From an uncultured cyanobacterium (GTDB taxonomy: Bacteria > Cyanobacteriota > Cyanobacteriia > Pseudanabaenales > Pseudanabaenaceae), in NCBI GenBank assembly GCA_963703315.1, contig OY969811.1, forward strand, positions 3,552,001 through 3,616,000: DNA of 64,000 nt. Reading direction: 5' to 3'. Below the pieces are notes generated by a model that saw nothing but the letters and a program-made list of their open reading frames with translations, made no database searches and was not told the DNA's origin. Numbering within the stretch: the first letter of the stretch is position 1; each line of letters opens with the position of its first letter. The translations under genes were made by a program, and so were the position numbers. Shown piece after piece: positions 10,830 to 20,196 of the stretch.

Positions 10830-11836
10830 AGGGTTTTAGTAATTATGGCACGGTCAAATACTTTGCCATCGGTGGCGATCGCTTTGGTGATGATTTTATC
10901 TTGATAGAGATCAAAGGTCATGAAGCTAAACTGCGAACTTACAAACGCCGTTTGTGGGGATTTACCAAATTTATATAAGGGTGCGCCACCGCCGCCATTG
11001 ACGATATAGGTTGTGCCATCAAGGGGGATCGATCTCTCGTAACCGTGATCATGTCCGCAGAGATATAGAGGGACTTTGTGTTTAGCAAAGAGGGGTGAGA
11101 GTTTAGCGCCTAATTCGGGACTGCTGCCATGACGACCCGATGAGTAGACGGGATGATGTCCATAGACGATTTTCCAAGGAGCCGTGCTTTTACCTAATTG
11201 TTGATCGAGCCAAGCCAGTTGAGCTTTCCAATCGGCATTGCTATTGGTGTCAAGGGCAAAAAATTCGACTGTGCCTTCATTAACATCACCTTTGGTAAAG
11301 GAATAGTAGCGATCGCTCATGTTAAAGGGCTGGTAATTAATTTGATCCAGACCATTATTTGATTTGATAATGTCGTGATTGCCCAGCACTGCATAAAATT
11401 TCACATTTTCCTTGAGCAATGGGGAGTATGGTTCTTCAAAATAGGCTTTGGCTAATTTGATTTCACCGTAGGAATAAATATTGTCGCCTGCCATTAACAC
11501 GAAGGAGTATGGCTTTTGCTGATAGGTTTCCCACATGGACTTGGCAACTGCCATCTGGTCAGGACTCCCAAAGCCGTTATCAGAGATCGCCGCAAATCTG
11601 AGTAATGGCTCCTCCGTAGTCTCAAGGGTAATTTCTGATTCTGGATCTACGTTTGTATCAGCAATATTTGATGATTTAGAGATAGGAGTAGATATAGAAG
11701 ATTTCGCGGCGGCTGGTTCGTAGGAGGTTTGGGTTTGGGCTTTGGATTTGGCGATCGCATCATAAATCAGGGAACCAATTACAGGTATTCCCACTAATGC
11801 CCCACCTACCAGAAACAAAAGTTGACGACGTTTCAT
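10826..11836 (-). CDS. Metallophosphoesterase (purple acid phosphatase-like), probable Tat substrate
   Basis: MKRRQLLF N-terminus; SDNG, GDNIY, LGNHD, GHHP, GHDH motifs. Confidence 0.85.
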   Translation of the reverse strand: MKRRQLLFLVGGALVGIPVIGSLIYDAIAKSKAQTQTSYEPAAAKSSISTPISKSSNIADTNVDPESEITLETTEEPLLRFAAISDNGFGSPDQMAVAKSMWETYQQKPYSFVLMAGDNIYSYGEIKLAKAYFEEPYSPLLKENVKFYAVLGNHDIIKSNNGLDQINYQPFNMSDRYYSFTKGDVNEGTVEFFALDTNSNADWKAQLAWLDQQLGKSTAPWKIVYGHHPVYSSGRHGSSPELGAKLSPLFAKHKVPLYLCGHDHGYERSIPLDGTTYIVNGGGGAPLYKFGKSPQTAFVSSQFSFMTFDLYQDKIITKAIATDGKVFDRAIITKTL

Positions 11837-11938
11837 AAAATTCTGTCTGTAAATCCTAACTTGTATAATTTTACGCCACAGCAATAATCCTAATTTTTGA
11901 GTAAGATCAAAATAATTCGTCCTATTTGCCACGCTGTT

Positions 11939-13003
11939 ATGACTGCCAATACCCTTGCCCCAAATCCTGCTACTAAAGTCCTACCATTATTGGGGCGATC
12001 GCAATCCGAACTCACTGAATGGGTAGTATCGCAAGGGCAGCCTAGCTATCGTGGGAAACAACTTCATGAATGGCTCTATGCAAGAGGAGCAAGAAATTTA
12101 GAAGATATTACGGTTTTCCCGAAGGCATGGCGCGAGCAGTTTGCGGCGAATCCGACTGTAGATTTTGGGCGATCGCAGATTTATCTGCATAAGCAAACCC
12201 GTGATGGTACGGAGAAATTTTTGCTGAAGCTTGCCGATGGCGAAATTGTGGAAACCGTTGGCATTCCCACCAGCAAGCGCTTGACTGTTTGTGTCTCAAC
12301 GCAAGTAGGCTGTCCGATGGCTTGCGATTTTTGTGCTACAGGTAAAGGCGGCTTTCGGCGCAATCTGGCAAAGCATGAAATTATCGATCAAGTGCTGACG
12401 GCGCAGGAAGTGATGCAACAGCGTGTCAGCCATATCGTTTTTATGGGCATGGGTGAACCATTGCTCAATTATGAAAATCTGGTTGGGGCAATTAATGTGA
12501 TCAACAAAGACATCGGCATCGGTCAGCGCAATATCACCGTTTCCACCGTTGGTATTCCCAATCAAATTCCCCGTTTTGCTCAAGAGCATTTACAAGTCAC
12601 TCTCGCAGTCAGTCTCCATGCTCCAAATCAAGAAGTTCGCGCCCAAGTTATCCCTTCCGCCGATCGCTATCCCATGATTGCCTTAATGGATGATTGTCGT
12701 GAATATGTGGAAATTACAGGGCGCAGAATTAGTTTTGAATATACTTTGCTGGCAGGGGTCAATGATTCTGGATCACAAGCAGAGGAACTCGCCCATTTAA
12801 TTCGTGGCTTCCAAAGTCACGTTAATTTAATTCCCTACAACCCGATTAGTGATGGTGATTATCAACGTCCTAGCGAAAAAGCAATTCAAACCTTTGTGCG
12901 GGTTTTGGAAGACGCCAAAATTGCGGTAAGTGTGCGGCGTACCAGAGGACTAGAAGCCGATGCCGCTTGTGGACAGTTACGTGGACAGCATTCCAACAAA
13001 TAG
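11939..13003 (+). CDS. rlmN: 23S rRNA m2A2503 radical SAM methyltransferase
   Basis: [22 protein letters not shown]. Confidence 0.95.
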   Translation: MTANTLAPNPATKVLPLLGRSQSELTEWVVSQGQPSYRGKQLHEWLYARGARNLEDITVFPKAWREQFAANPTVDFGRSQIYLHKQTRDGTEKFLLKLADGEIVETVGIPTSKRLTVCVSTQVGCPMACDFCATGKGGFRRNLAKHEIIDQVLTAQEVMQQRVSHIVFMGMGEPLLNYENLVGAINVINKDIGIGQRNITVSTVGIPNQIPRFAQEHLQVTLAVSLHAPNQEVRAQVIPSADRYPMIALMDDCREYVEITGRRISFEYTLLAGVNDSGSQAEELAHLIRGFQSHVNLIPYNPISDGDYQRPSEKAIQTFVRVLEDAKIAVSVRRTRGLEADAACGQLRGQHSNK

Positions 13004-13007
13004 ATAC

Positions 13008-13074
13008 GGGTTTGTTCCCCCGCCGAAGGCGGGGAAACAAACCTATGTACCTCGCTTGCTTGAAAAGCGCTATA
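13008..13074. repeat. Palindromic CCCGCC-GAA-GGCGGG element with a TATAGCGC end
   Basis: ggtttgttccccgccgaaggcggggaaacaaacc; same core at about 42655-42696; the end overlaps the CHAT gene stop codon. Confidence 0.65.
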
Positions 13075-16000
13075 AACCATTACCGATAATGATGAAGGGA
13101 GACCAATAGTAGGGATGATCGAAGACTTGGGAAGCATCAGCATTTTTTTTGGTAATCATTGCTCTTTGCGCTCTAGCTAACACTTCTGTTTTAGTGATTT
13201 GAGAATCCTGCAAAATATTGTAAAAAGCTGCCATTAACGCTTGAGTGCCACCATCCGAGACTTGCCATAGAGAAGCGATCGCCGCTTTCGCACCAGCATA
13301 TTCCATTTGATAGCCAAATCCCATAATTTCTGTCCCATTGCCCAGCTTGCCGCCCAGACCAGTTTCACAAGCACTGAGGATCACTAAATCCACATTTTGC
13401 AATGACCAAGTGGAGACATCGCGCAATGAGGCTCGACTGCCATCACCAAACATTACAAAAGAATCTTCTGGTTTACCAGTGACAAAAGCAGCATGGGTCG
13501 CGAGATGAATAATATTGTATTCCTTGAATTTGGCGACAGTGGCACTGACATTAAAATCGCGATCAATGAATTTCGCAGAATTAGGCAACTTATCCACGAG
13601 ATTATCCACTTCCTTCCGCGCAAAGGGCAATCCTGAAAAGTTAAAGGTTTGTCCATTGACGTTGACCACATATTTTCCAGTTGTAAATGCACCTGCAAGG
13701 ACACGCGGTTGATTACGGCGACGACGATCGCTTAAATTAGTAAGACTAGCTGCCGTAATCGTGTTAATCGCATAGCTTTCCACTAACCATTGTTTGCCGT
13801 CATGGAGTGCGGCGATCGGTACATAACGTAACTGTCCATCGGGCGCGTAGATAATAGTTTGGATGCCTGCTTTTTGTAAATCAGCAGCAATCGGCTGAAT
13901 TAGCCAAGTATAGAGTTTGTGAGCAGATTCTAAAACATCAAGGGAACTAGGATCACGCACATCGACACGAAAATCAAGAATTGCAAGGTTGAGATCTTCT
14001 CTCTTTACTGGGACGGTGTAACGCCTCGGAGCGCCATTTGCCGTGATCAGAATTAGTTCTAAACGATCTTCTAGAACCAATGGATAGAAAATCGCAGCTT
14101 TTTGAGACAGTTGTTGGAGATTTTGTTGGAGTGCTGCAAATTGCTGAAGGGTAGCACCATTATCAGCGCGATCGCCCAATTGACTGATTTGTTTTAAGAT
14201 CGTGGTGACGGAGGGATTCTGGACATAGGTATTTAACTGTTGCGAAGCGCGGTTCTGCACATCTAACAATTCCTGTAAGCGTTGATTTTGGGCGGGAGAA
14301 CGATTTTCTTGAGTGAGTTTGAGGATATCTAGTTGCTCCTTTCCTGCTTGGATCGAACGATTTTGGATGGCATTGTAATCAATGAGAAATCTCTGTTCGG
14401 AATCTAACAACTCAATGCCTTTCGCAGTTTCAGCATTACCACGCACATCTTTGAGATAATCATCTAATTCCTGTACTTTTAATAAATCGAGTACTTTCTG
14501 AGCTTCTAAAATGCGGTTTTGCTGCATTAGTAAGTTCGCCAAATTACGATAGGTACTCTCGAAGGTACTCGTAAAAGTCTTTTGATCTTGCACAGATAGC
14601 GATCGCACTTCTTTGCGAAGAGCTTCACGGATATTCACTGATTGTTTGTAAAAGAGAATCGCTAACTCTGATTGTTGCCAATCAGAAAACAAATCCCCTA
14701 AATTACTCAAGACAATGCTTTCCCCTCGGCGTTCTCCTAATTGCTGATGGACGGCAGATGCTTTCTGATAAACATTGAGGGCTGCGTCATAGCGTTTGGT
14801 AGCTGTATAGATCTGACCCAGATTACTCAAAGTCACAGCTTCAACCGAGCGATCGCCAATTTGTTGCAAAAACTCTAAGGATTTCTCATAGTTAGCGATC
14901 GCCTGATCATTCTGTCCTAAAGTCCGATAGGCAGCACCAATATTGTTGTAAGTGATACCCAGAGCAGGAATATCCGTCAGTTCTTTATGAATTTCTAGCG
15001 CTTTAGCATAGTATTCCAAGGCTTTTTGGGCATTACCTTTATCGTCATAAATCGAACCAATATTACTTAAAAAGATACTTTCTAATTTGCGATGATCCAG
15101 CTTTTGGATTTTCTGTAAAGCTTGTTGAAAATATTGCAGAGCATTGTCATACTGTCCTAACTCCTTGTAGATAGCACCAATATTACTGAGTGTTGTTGCT
15201 TCTTGACGTAGTAGGGATAACTTTTGCGATAATTCTAAAGATTTCTTATAGGATTCTAATGCTTTTAAATATTTACTCTGACTACGATATATCCCTGCAA
15301 TGTTATTGTGAATGCTAGTTTCGGTCTGGAAATCGCCCGTCTTCTGAACCATCTTTAAGGATTGCTGATAGAAGTCTAGAGCTTTCTCAAACTGTCCTAG
15401 TCGTCGATACGCAAAACCAATATTCAGCAAGGTTGCGGCGACATCCTTTTGATTATTATTCGCTTCATAAATGTCTAGCGATTGCTGTAATTTTTCTAGT
15501 CCTTGACTAAACTTCCCGATCGCCACATAGACATTGCCAATATTGTTGAGAATCAAAGCTTCGCGATTTTGATCTTTGATGGCTCGCGATCGCTCTAAGG
15601 CTTGTTCATAGGTATCAATTGATTTTTGCCAATTATTCGCACGATTAAAGGTGAAGGCGAGATTCTGTAAAATTAGTGTCTCATCTAATCTCACCTGTAA
15701 ATTTGCTTTTGAGTCTTTTAACTGAATTGGACTAATAAGTTTAAATGCTTGTTGGTAAGAGGCGATCGCTTGCTCGAATTGCTGTAAATCTAGATAAACA
15801 TTCCCAATAAAATTTTGAGTTCTTGCCTCTGATAGGCGATCGCCTTCTTTCTGAAAAATAGTCAGCGCCTGTTGAAATATTTGGAGAGCTTGCTTCCCAT
15901 CACCACGCTGAAAGATTTCGCGCCCATCAATCACCAATTTAAAGCCCCGATCTAGATTGATTGACTGCGTTTGAGCAGATGGGTTTTGAGCAATTAAGTT

Positions 16001-16123
16001 TTGAGAATTTGAATGTTGAGAATTTAGATTTTGCGAGAAGACTTCAGCATTTGCAGAAGGGGCGATCGCAATTAATAGAGTTGCTAAAGCTGAAGGATAG
16101 AGAATAGTGCGATTTTTTAACAT
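13070..16123 (-). CDS. TPR-repeat CHAT-domain (caspase-like) protein with signal peptide
   Basis: Signal-like N-terminus, about 10 TPRs, HLATHA and LSACETG catalytic motifs, HPYYWSPF. Confidence 0.92.
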   Translation of the reverse strand: MLKNRTILYPSALATLLIAIAPSANAEVFSQNLNSQHSNSQNLIAQNPSAQTQSINLDRGFKLVIDGREIFQRGDGKQALQIFQQALTIFQKEGDRLSEARTQNFIGNVYLDLQQFEQAIASYQQAFKLISPIQLKDSKANLQVRLDETLILQNLAFTFNRANNWQKSIDTYEQALERSRAIKDQNREALILNNIGNVYVAIGKFSQGLEKLQQSLDIYEANNNQKDVAATLLNIGFAYRRLGQFEKALDFYQQSLKMVQKTGDFQTETSIHNNIAGIYRSQSKYLKALESYKKSLELSQKLSLLRQEATTLSNIGAIYKELGQYDNALQYFQQALQKIQKLDHRKLESIFLSNIGSIYDDKGNAQKALEYYAKALEIHKELTDIPALGITYNNIGAAYRTLGQNDQAIANYEKSLEFLQQIGDRSVEAVTLSNLGQIYTATKRYDAALNVYQKASAVHQQLGERRGESIVLSNLGDLFSDWQQSELAILFYKQSVNIREALRKEVRSLSVQDQKTFTSTFESTYRNLANLLMQQNRILEAQKVLDLLKVQELDDYLKDVRGNAETAKGIELLDSEQRFLIDYNAIQNRSIQAGKEQLDILKLTQENRSPAQNQRLQELLDVQNRASQQLNTYVQNPSVTTILKQISQLGDRADNGATLQQFAALQQNLQQLSQKAAIFYPLVLEDRLELILITANGAPRRYTVPVKREDLNLAILDFRVDVRDPSSLDVLESAHKLYTWLIQPIAADLQKAGIQTIIYAPDGQLRYVPIAALHDGKQWLVESYAINTITAASLTNLSDRRRRNQPRVLAGAFTTGKYVVNVNGQTFNFSGLPFARKEVDNLVDKLPNSAKFIDRDFNVSATVAKFKEYNIIHLATHAAFVTGKPEDSFVMFGDGSRASLRDVSTWSLQNVDLVILSACETGLGGKLGNGTEIMGFGYQMEYAGAKAAIASLWQVSDGGTQALMAAFYNILQDSQITKTEVLARAQRAMITKKNADASQVFDHPYYWSPFIIIGNGL

Positions 16124-16133
16124 GATTTTAGGA

Positions 16134-16763
16134 TTAAGCCACTAAGAGATGATTGACTGCCTCTAATTGCTGTTCGCATTGACTAAAAATGTAATTCACC
16201 ACAGCAGCTAATTTATCAATTTCTTGAATGCTGTAGAAGGTCGTATTTCTAGTAAAAACATTCTTTTCTAGCTTGCTAAACTGCCAAAAGCTACCATTAG
16301 ATGCAACACCAAATACAATCACATCTAGTTCAGAATTCAAGCGTTGAGCAGCAATCATTTCGGCAATGCACTGTCCCCATGCGGCTTCAAAATTATCTTG
16401 CTTGGCTTCCACTAGCATGAGGTAAGGACGATCAAATACGACTTTTCCAAGAGGCGATCGCCTTGCCAAAATGTATTCAGGAAATCCTGAAAGCTTCTCA
16501 TCATAATTCAGTGATTGATGACTCCACAATAGAAACTTGCTGCGATAATGTTTCCAAACTTCTTTAAGAACTGGATAGATTAAATTTTCACAGATTGCAA
16601 ATTCAGAATTATCGACTACACCTTCACGCATCATCAGGTGTAAATCTTCACGGAAGTAATCTGATATCTGAAAAGATAATCCTTCAATAAAATCAGCTTC
16701 TGCGTAGGTAATTTGAAACTCTTTGACAACTGCACCAATTGTTTTAAAACTGCCAAAAGCCAT
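16134..16763 (-). CDS. Conserved cyanobacterial protein, possible PD-(D/E)XK fold
   Basis: LSGFPEY...LVEAKQDNF..AWGQCIAEMIAAQ. Confidence 0.6.
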   Translation of the reverse strand: MAFGSFKTIGAVVKEFQITYAEADFIEGLSFQISDYFREDLHLMMREGVVDNSEFAICENLIYPVLKEVWKHYRSKFLLWSHQSLNYDEKLSGFPEYILARRSPLGKVVFDRPYLMLVEAKQDNFEAAWGQCIAEMIAAQRLNSELDVIVFGVASNGSFWQFSKLEKNVFTRNTTFYSIQEIDKLAAVVNYIFSQCEQQLEAVNHLLVA

Positions 16764-16948
16764 TTTGTCATCCTCCTATAGAGTTTACTTACTTAAGTTT
16801 AGCGCTTCAATTAAAGCGATCGCCTCAGCCAAACCAACTTTATGAGAGCGAATCTTGAATCATTACTATTATTGTGTGAGATCGGCAATTTTTCCCATAG
16901 CATATTGTGAATGGATGCTTCTCATCGTAGCTGAGGCAATATAACCAA

Positions 16949-18073
16949 ATGTATACCGTTCTAGAAGCGATCGCCACTGCCAATCCTCCCTATAAACTCA
17001 CCCAGTCTGAAGCCGCAGACTTCATGTTAAAAACTGAAAGTTTATCCCCCTCAATTAGAAAAAGAATTCCTTCAATTTATGCAAACTCTGGAATCGATTA
17101 TCGCTATAGCTGTATCGCAGACTATGGCGGCGATCTCCAAAATTTTGAACTTTATCCCTCTAATTGGCAACTGACTCCGACCCCAACCACCTTTAGCCGT
17201 AACCAAAAATATGCAACTTATGCCCCAAAACTTGCGCTGCAAGCATCACAACAAGCGATCGCTGATGCGGGACTCAGTACTCAAGAGATTACGCATCTAA
17301 TAGTTGTTAGTTGCACAGGCTTTATTGCCCCCGGTATAGATATTCATCTGATTAAGCATTTGGGACTTGCCGATACAACGGCGCGAACGATGATTGGATT
17401 TATGGGTTGCCATGCTGCCTTTAATGGTTTAAAAACTGCCCATGCGATTTGTCAAAGCGATCGCCAAGCTAAAGTTCTCTTAGTTTGTGTGGAGTTATGT
17501 TCCTTGCATTTTCAAGTCGCAGACACTCTTGAAAATACGATTATTAACGCCATATTTGCCGATGGATCTGCCGCCGCCGTCCTGACTTCTCAACCCTTTG
17601 CTGCCGCCGAAGGAAAACTTGCCTATACCGATGGTTATAGCCTCTTGATTGAGAAAACCGAAGAGTTAATGAAATGGACAATTGGTGATACGGGTTTCTT
17701 AATGAACTTATCGCCGAAGGTTCCTGAAATGGTTGCAGAATATTTGCCGAATTATTTGCGAAACTTCTTAGCAAAACATCATCTGACCCAAAAGGATCTT
17801 GATTTTTGGGCAGTTCATCCCGGAGGCAGAAAAATTATTGACCAGATTCAGTCAATTTTTGAACTAGGCGATCGCATGGTTGCTGATTCCTATCAGATTT
17901 TACGACACTATGGCAATATGAGTTCACCAACAGTTCTATTTATCCTCAAAGAGATATTAGCCAAATATCAAGCAGGAATTAGCGATCGCTCTAATTCCAC
18001 GATTGAAAATGGCATTGCCTTAGCCTTTGGACCGGGGCTATCGATCGAAGGTTGTCTATTTCAGAAAGTTTAA
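16949..18073 (+). CDS. Type III polyketide synthase
   Basis: Cys-His-Asn triad: GFMGCHAA, WAVHPGG, YGNMSSPT; also AFGPGLS. Confidence 0.95.
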   Translation: MYTVLEAIATANPPYKLTQSEAADFMLKTESLSPSIRKRIPSIYANSGIDYRYSCIADYGGDLQNFELYPSNWQLTPTPTTFSRNQKYATYAPKLALQASQQAIADAGLSTQEITHLIVVSCTGFIAPGIDIHLIKHLGLADTTARTMIGFMGCHAAFNGLKTAHAICQSDRQAKVLLVCVELCSLHFQVADTLENTIINAIFADGSAAAVLTSQPFAAAEGKLAYTDGYSLLIEKTEELMKWTIGDTGFLMNLSPKVPEMVAEYLPNYLRNFLAKHHLTQKDLDFWAVHPGGRKIIDQIQSIFELGDRMVADSYQILRHYGNMSSPTVLFILKEILAKYQAGISDRSNSTIENGIALAFGPGLSIEGCLFQKV

Positions 18074-18074
18074 A

Positions 18075-18127
18075 GCCCTCACCCCTAGCCCCTCTCCCAA
18101 AGGGAGAGTGGGCTGGGGGGTGAGGGC
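18075..18127. repeat. CCCTCACCCC...CCCTCTCCC/GGGAGAG...GGGGTGAGGG hairpin repeat
   Basis: gccctcacccctagcccctctcccaagggagagtgggctggggggtgagggc, nested inverted repeat. Confidence 0.75.
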
Positions 18128-18159
18128 AGGATTCCCAATCAATTATTTAGGAAATATCT

Positions 18160-18894
18160 ATGCCTTCATTTCAAATTCGCACTAATCAAGATGAATTGAT
18201 GGATGATTTCACCATTCAGGATGAACGTCTGACTGATGCTTTGGAACAACTACGTCCGATTAATCAGCTATTAGGTGGTTATGCGACAACGATGGAAGTT
18301 ATTGCTCCATTTTTAAAATCAAGAGCAAATCAAAAAACTCGCATTCTCGATTTGGGAACGGGTATTGGTGATTTTCCAGAATATATCGTGCGATGGGCAT
18401 CGGCACAGGTTCCTGCGATCGCTGTCGAAGTTGTAGCGATCGATGCGAATCCTGTAACTGTGGAATATGCCCGTGAATCTCTCCAAAAAAGATTACCAAC
18501 CAATCTGCAAGCAAACATCAAAGTGGAAGTTGCTGATGCTCTCGCCCTTCCCTATGCTGATGGTGAGTTTGATATTGCGATCGCTGCTATGTTTCTCCAT
18601 CACTTTGCCCATGAGAATGCTGTGCAGATTGTGCGATCGATGCAGCGCGTATCTAAGCATGGAATTTTAATTAATGATTTACATCGCCATCCCTTTGCCT
18701 ATTACGGTATCTATGCTCTGACGAGGCTTTTACCTGCGGTAGATATGGTTCGCAATGATGCACCACTTTCTGTTTTGCGCGGATTCAAATTCCCAGAATT
18801 AAAAAGCATCGCCGAAGCCGCAGGTTTAATCAATTTCTCTCTCAAGTGGCGCTATGCCTTTCGTTGGGTATTAAGCACAATAGGTTTAGCCTGA
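18160..18894 (+). CDS. Class I SAM-dependent methyltransferase
   Basis: ELMDD, ILDLGTGIGD, FLHHF, INDLHRH, NDAPLSV. Confidence 0.9.
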   Translation: MPSFQIRTNQDELMDDFTIQDERLTDALEQLRPINQLLGGYATTMEVIAPFLKSRANQKTRILDLGTGIGDFPEYIVRWASAQVPAIAVEVVAIDANPVTVEYARESLQKRLPTNLQANIKVEVADALALPYADGEFDIAIAAMFLHHFAHENAVQIVRSMQRVSKHGILINDLHRHPFAYYGIYALTRLLPAVDMVRNDAPLSVLRGFKFPELKSIAEAAGLINFSLKWRYAFRWVLSTIGLA

Positions 18895-18927
18895 AAAAGA
18901 TTATTTTTTTCTTCTATTACAAGATTA

Positions 18928-19272
18928 TCAATCTGTAATTGATATCTGCTTTTTGCCACGCTTTCTTAAATGCCTATTAATTGCTTCAATGTCAATTTCT
19001 TCGTTAATTTCGCCAGTAATTGTATAGTTGCTGGGATTATCGAGTCTATCTAGCCTTTGGATTGCTTTTGCCTCAGCAGAAATAGCAATCACAGATTCTC
19101 TCTGTAACTTTTCGGCGATCGCATCGCGTATCCATTCAGTTCCTTTTGCCTTGACGATTTCAATCTGACTCACAGGCACTCGTAAACCAATTACTTGTTT
19201 AGCGAGTGGTTCATCACGCAAACTGGCAAATCTGCCATGCTCGTTTAGTCCAGCACCATTAACCTGTTTCAT
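18928..19272 (-). CDS. Small protein, N-terminal half ribbon-helix-helix-like
   Basis: EPLAKQVIGLRVP...EWIRDAIAEKL pattern. Confidence 0.5.
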   Translation of the reverse strand: MKQVNGAGLNEHGRFASLRDEPLAKQVIGLRVPVSQIEIVKAKGTEWIRDAIAEKLQRESVIAISAEAKAIQRLDRLDNPSNYTITGEINEEIDIEAINRHLRKRGKKQISITD

Positions 19273-19301
19273 GAGGCATCTATTTTTAAATAGTACTTAG
19301 A

Positions 19302-19331
19302 TGTTAACACTTTATAGAAGCGTGTTAACAC
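19302..19331. promoter_or_regulatory. Twin TGTTAACA palindromes 21 bp apart, candidate operator
   Basis: tgttaaca at 19302 and 19323, just upstream of the RHH-like gene. Confidence 0.4.
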
Positions 19332-19337
19332 TGTTTT

Positions 19338-19389
19338 GGCTTACGCAATGTAGCCCAGAACTCAAGTTCTGGGCTACATTGCGTAAGCC
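19338..19389. mobile_element. MITE-like palindrome with (G/A)CTTACGCA ends
   Basis: Perfect 25-bp arms ggcttacgcaatgtagcccagaact / agttctgggctacattgcgtaagcc. Confidence 0.65.
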
Positions 19390-19685
19390 CTAAATTCATC
19401 AAGGAAATGTAAAAATAAAGGGCATTTTTTGCGCGATCGCCTATTTTTAATCTATAGTTTGGGTCTATGATGAAAATTGTGACTATTTACTGAACTTAGC
19501 TATGGCGAATCAACCTAAAAATCAATTATTTTACAAGAACAAAAACGTCTTGATATTCTCCTCAGTTTAGAAGTTCTCAAATCGGCTGAGAAACAAATGG
19601 AAGTTAAGCAAGGTACGCTAGATTTGGAATAGGTAAAGGCTATAATAATTAACAATCTAGCAAGCAATAGCAGATCGACAACTTT

Positions 19686-19937
19686 ATGAATGCAGTTTCT
19701 TATGTTGATGCACAGAGCAACTTGGCAAAAATGATCGATCAAGTATGTGATCATCACGATCCTGTGATCATTACTCGCCATCAACAACCATCCGCAGTGC
19801 TTCTATCACTTGAAGATTATGAATCTCTGGCAGAAACTGCTTACCTTTTAAAAAGTCGTAATAATGCCAAACGAATTTTTGAGGCGATCGCTGAATTAGA
19901 ATCTGGCGGCGGTACTGTACGGGAGCTAATCGAGTGA
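19686..19937 (+). CDS. yefM: Phd/YefM antitoxin
   Basis: PVIITR, AVLLSLEDYESLAETAYLLKS; overlaps the toxin start. Confidence 0.92.
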   Translation: MNAVSYVDAQSNLAKMIDQVCDHHDPVIITRHQQPSAVLLSLEDYESLAETAYLLKSRNNAKRIFEAIAELESGGGTVRELIE

Positions 19938-20188
19938 AGATTATTTTCTCAGAACGTGCTTGGGAAGATTATCTTTACTGGCAAAAAACAGACAAAAAAA
20001 TACTGAATCGAATTAATAGTCTGATTAAAGACATTCAACGCAATCCTTACAGTGGTATTGGCAAGCCAGAACCTTTAAAACATGGATTGTCAGGATATTG
20101 GTCTAGACGTATTGATGATGAGCATAGGATTCTTTACAAGGTTGAAGATGATTTACTTTCACTTGTTCAGATTCGTTATCACTATTAG
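19934..20188 (+). CDS. yoeB: Txe/YoeB toxin
   Basis: AWEDYLYWQ, GIGKPEPLKH, WSRRIDDEHR, RYHY. Confidence 0.95.
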   Translation: MKIIFSERAWEDYLYWQKTDKKILNRINSLIKDIQRNPYSGIGKPEPLKHGLSGYWSRRIDDEHRILYKVEDDLLSLVQIRYHY

Positions 20189-20196
20189 AATAAAAC

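Noticed and set aside
19502..19632. Possible gene tail (..QEQKRLDILLSLEVLKSAEKQMEVKQGTLDLE*) upstream of yefM
   Set aside because: No start codon or recognisable family; too short to call without a search.
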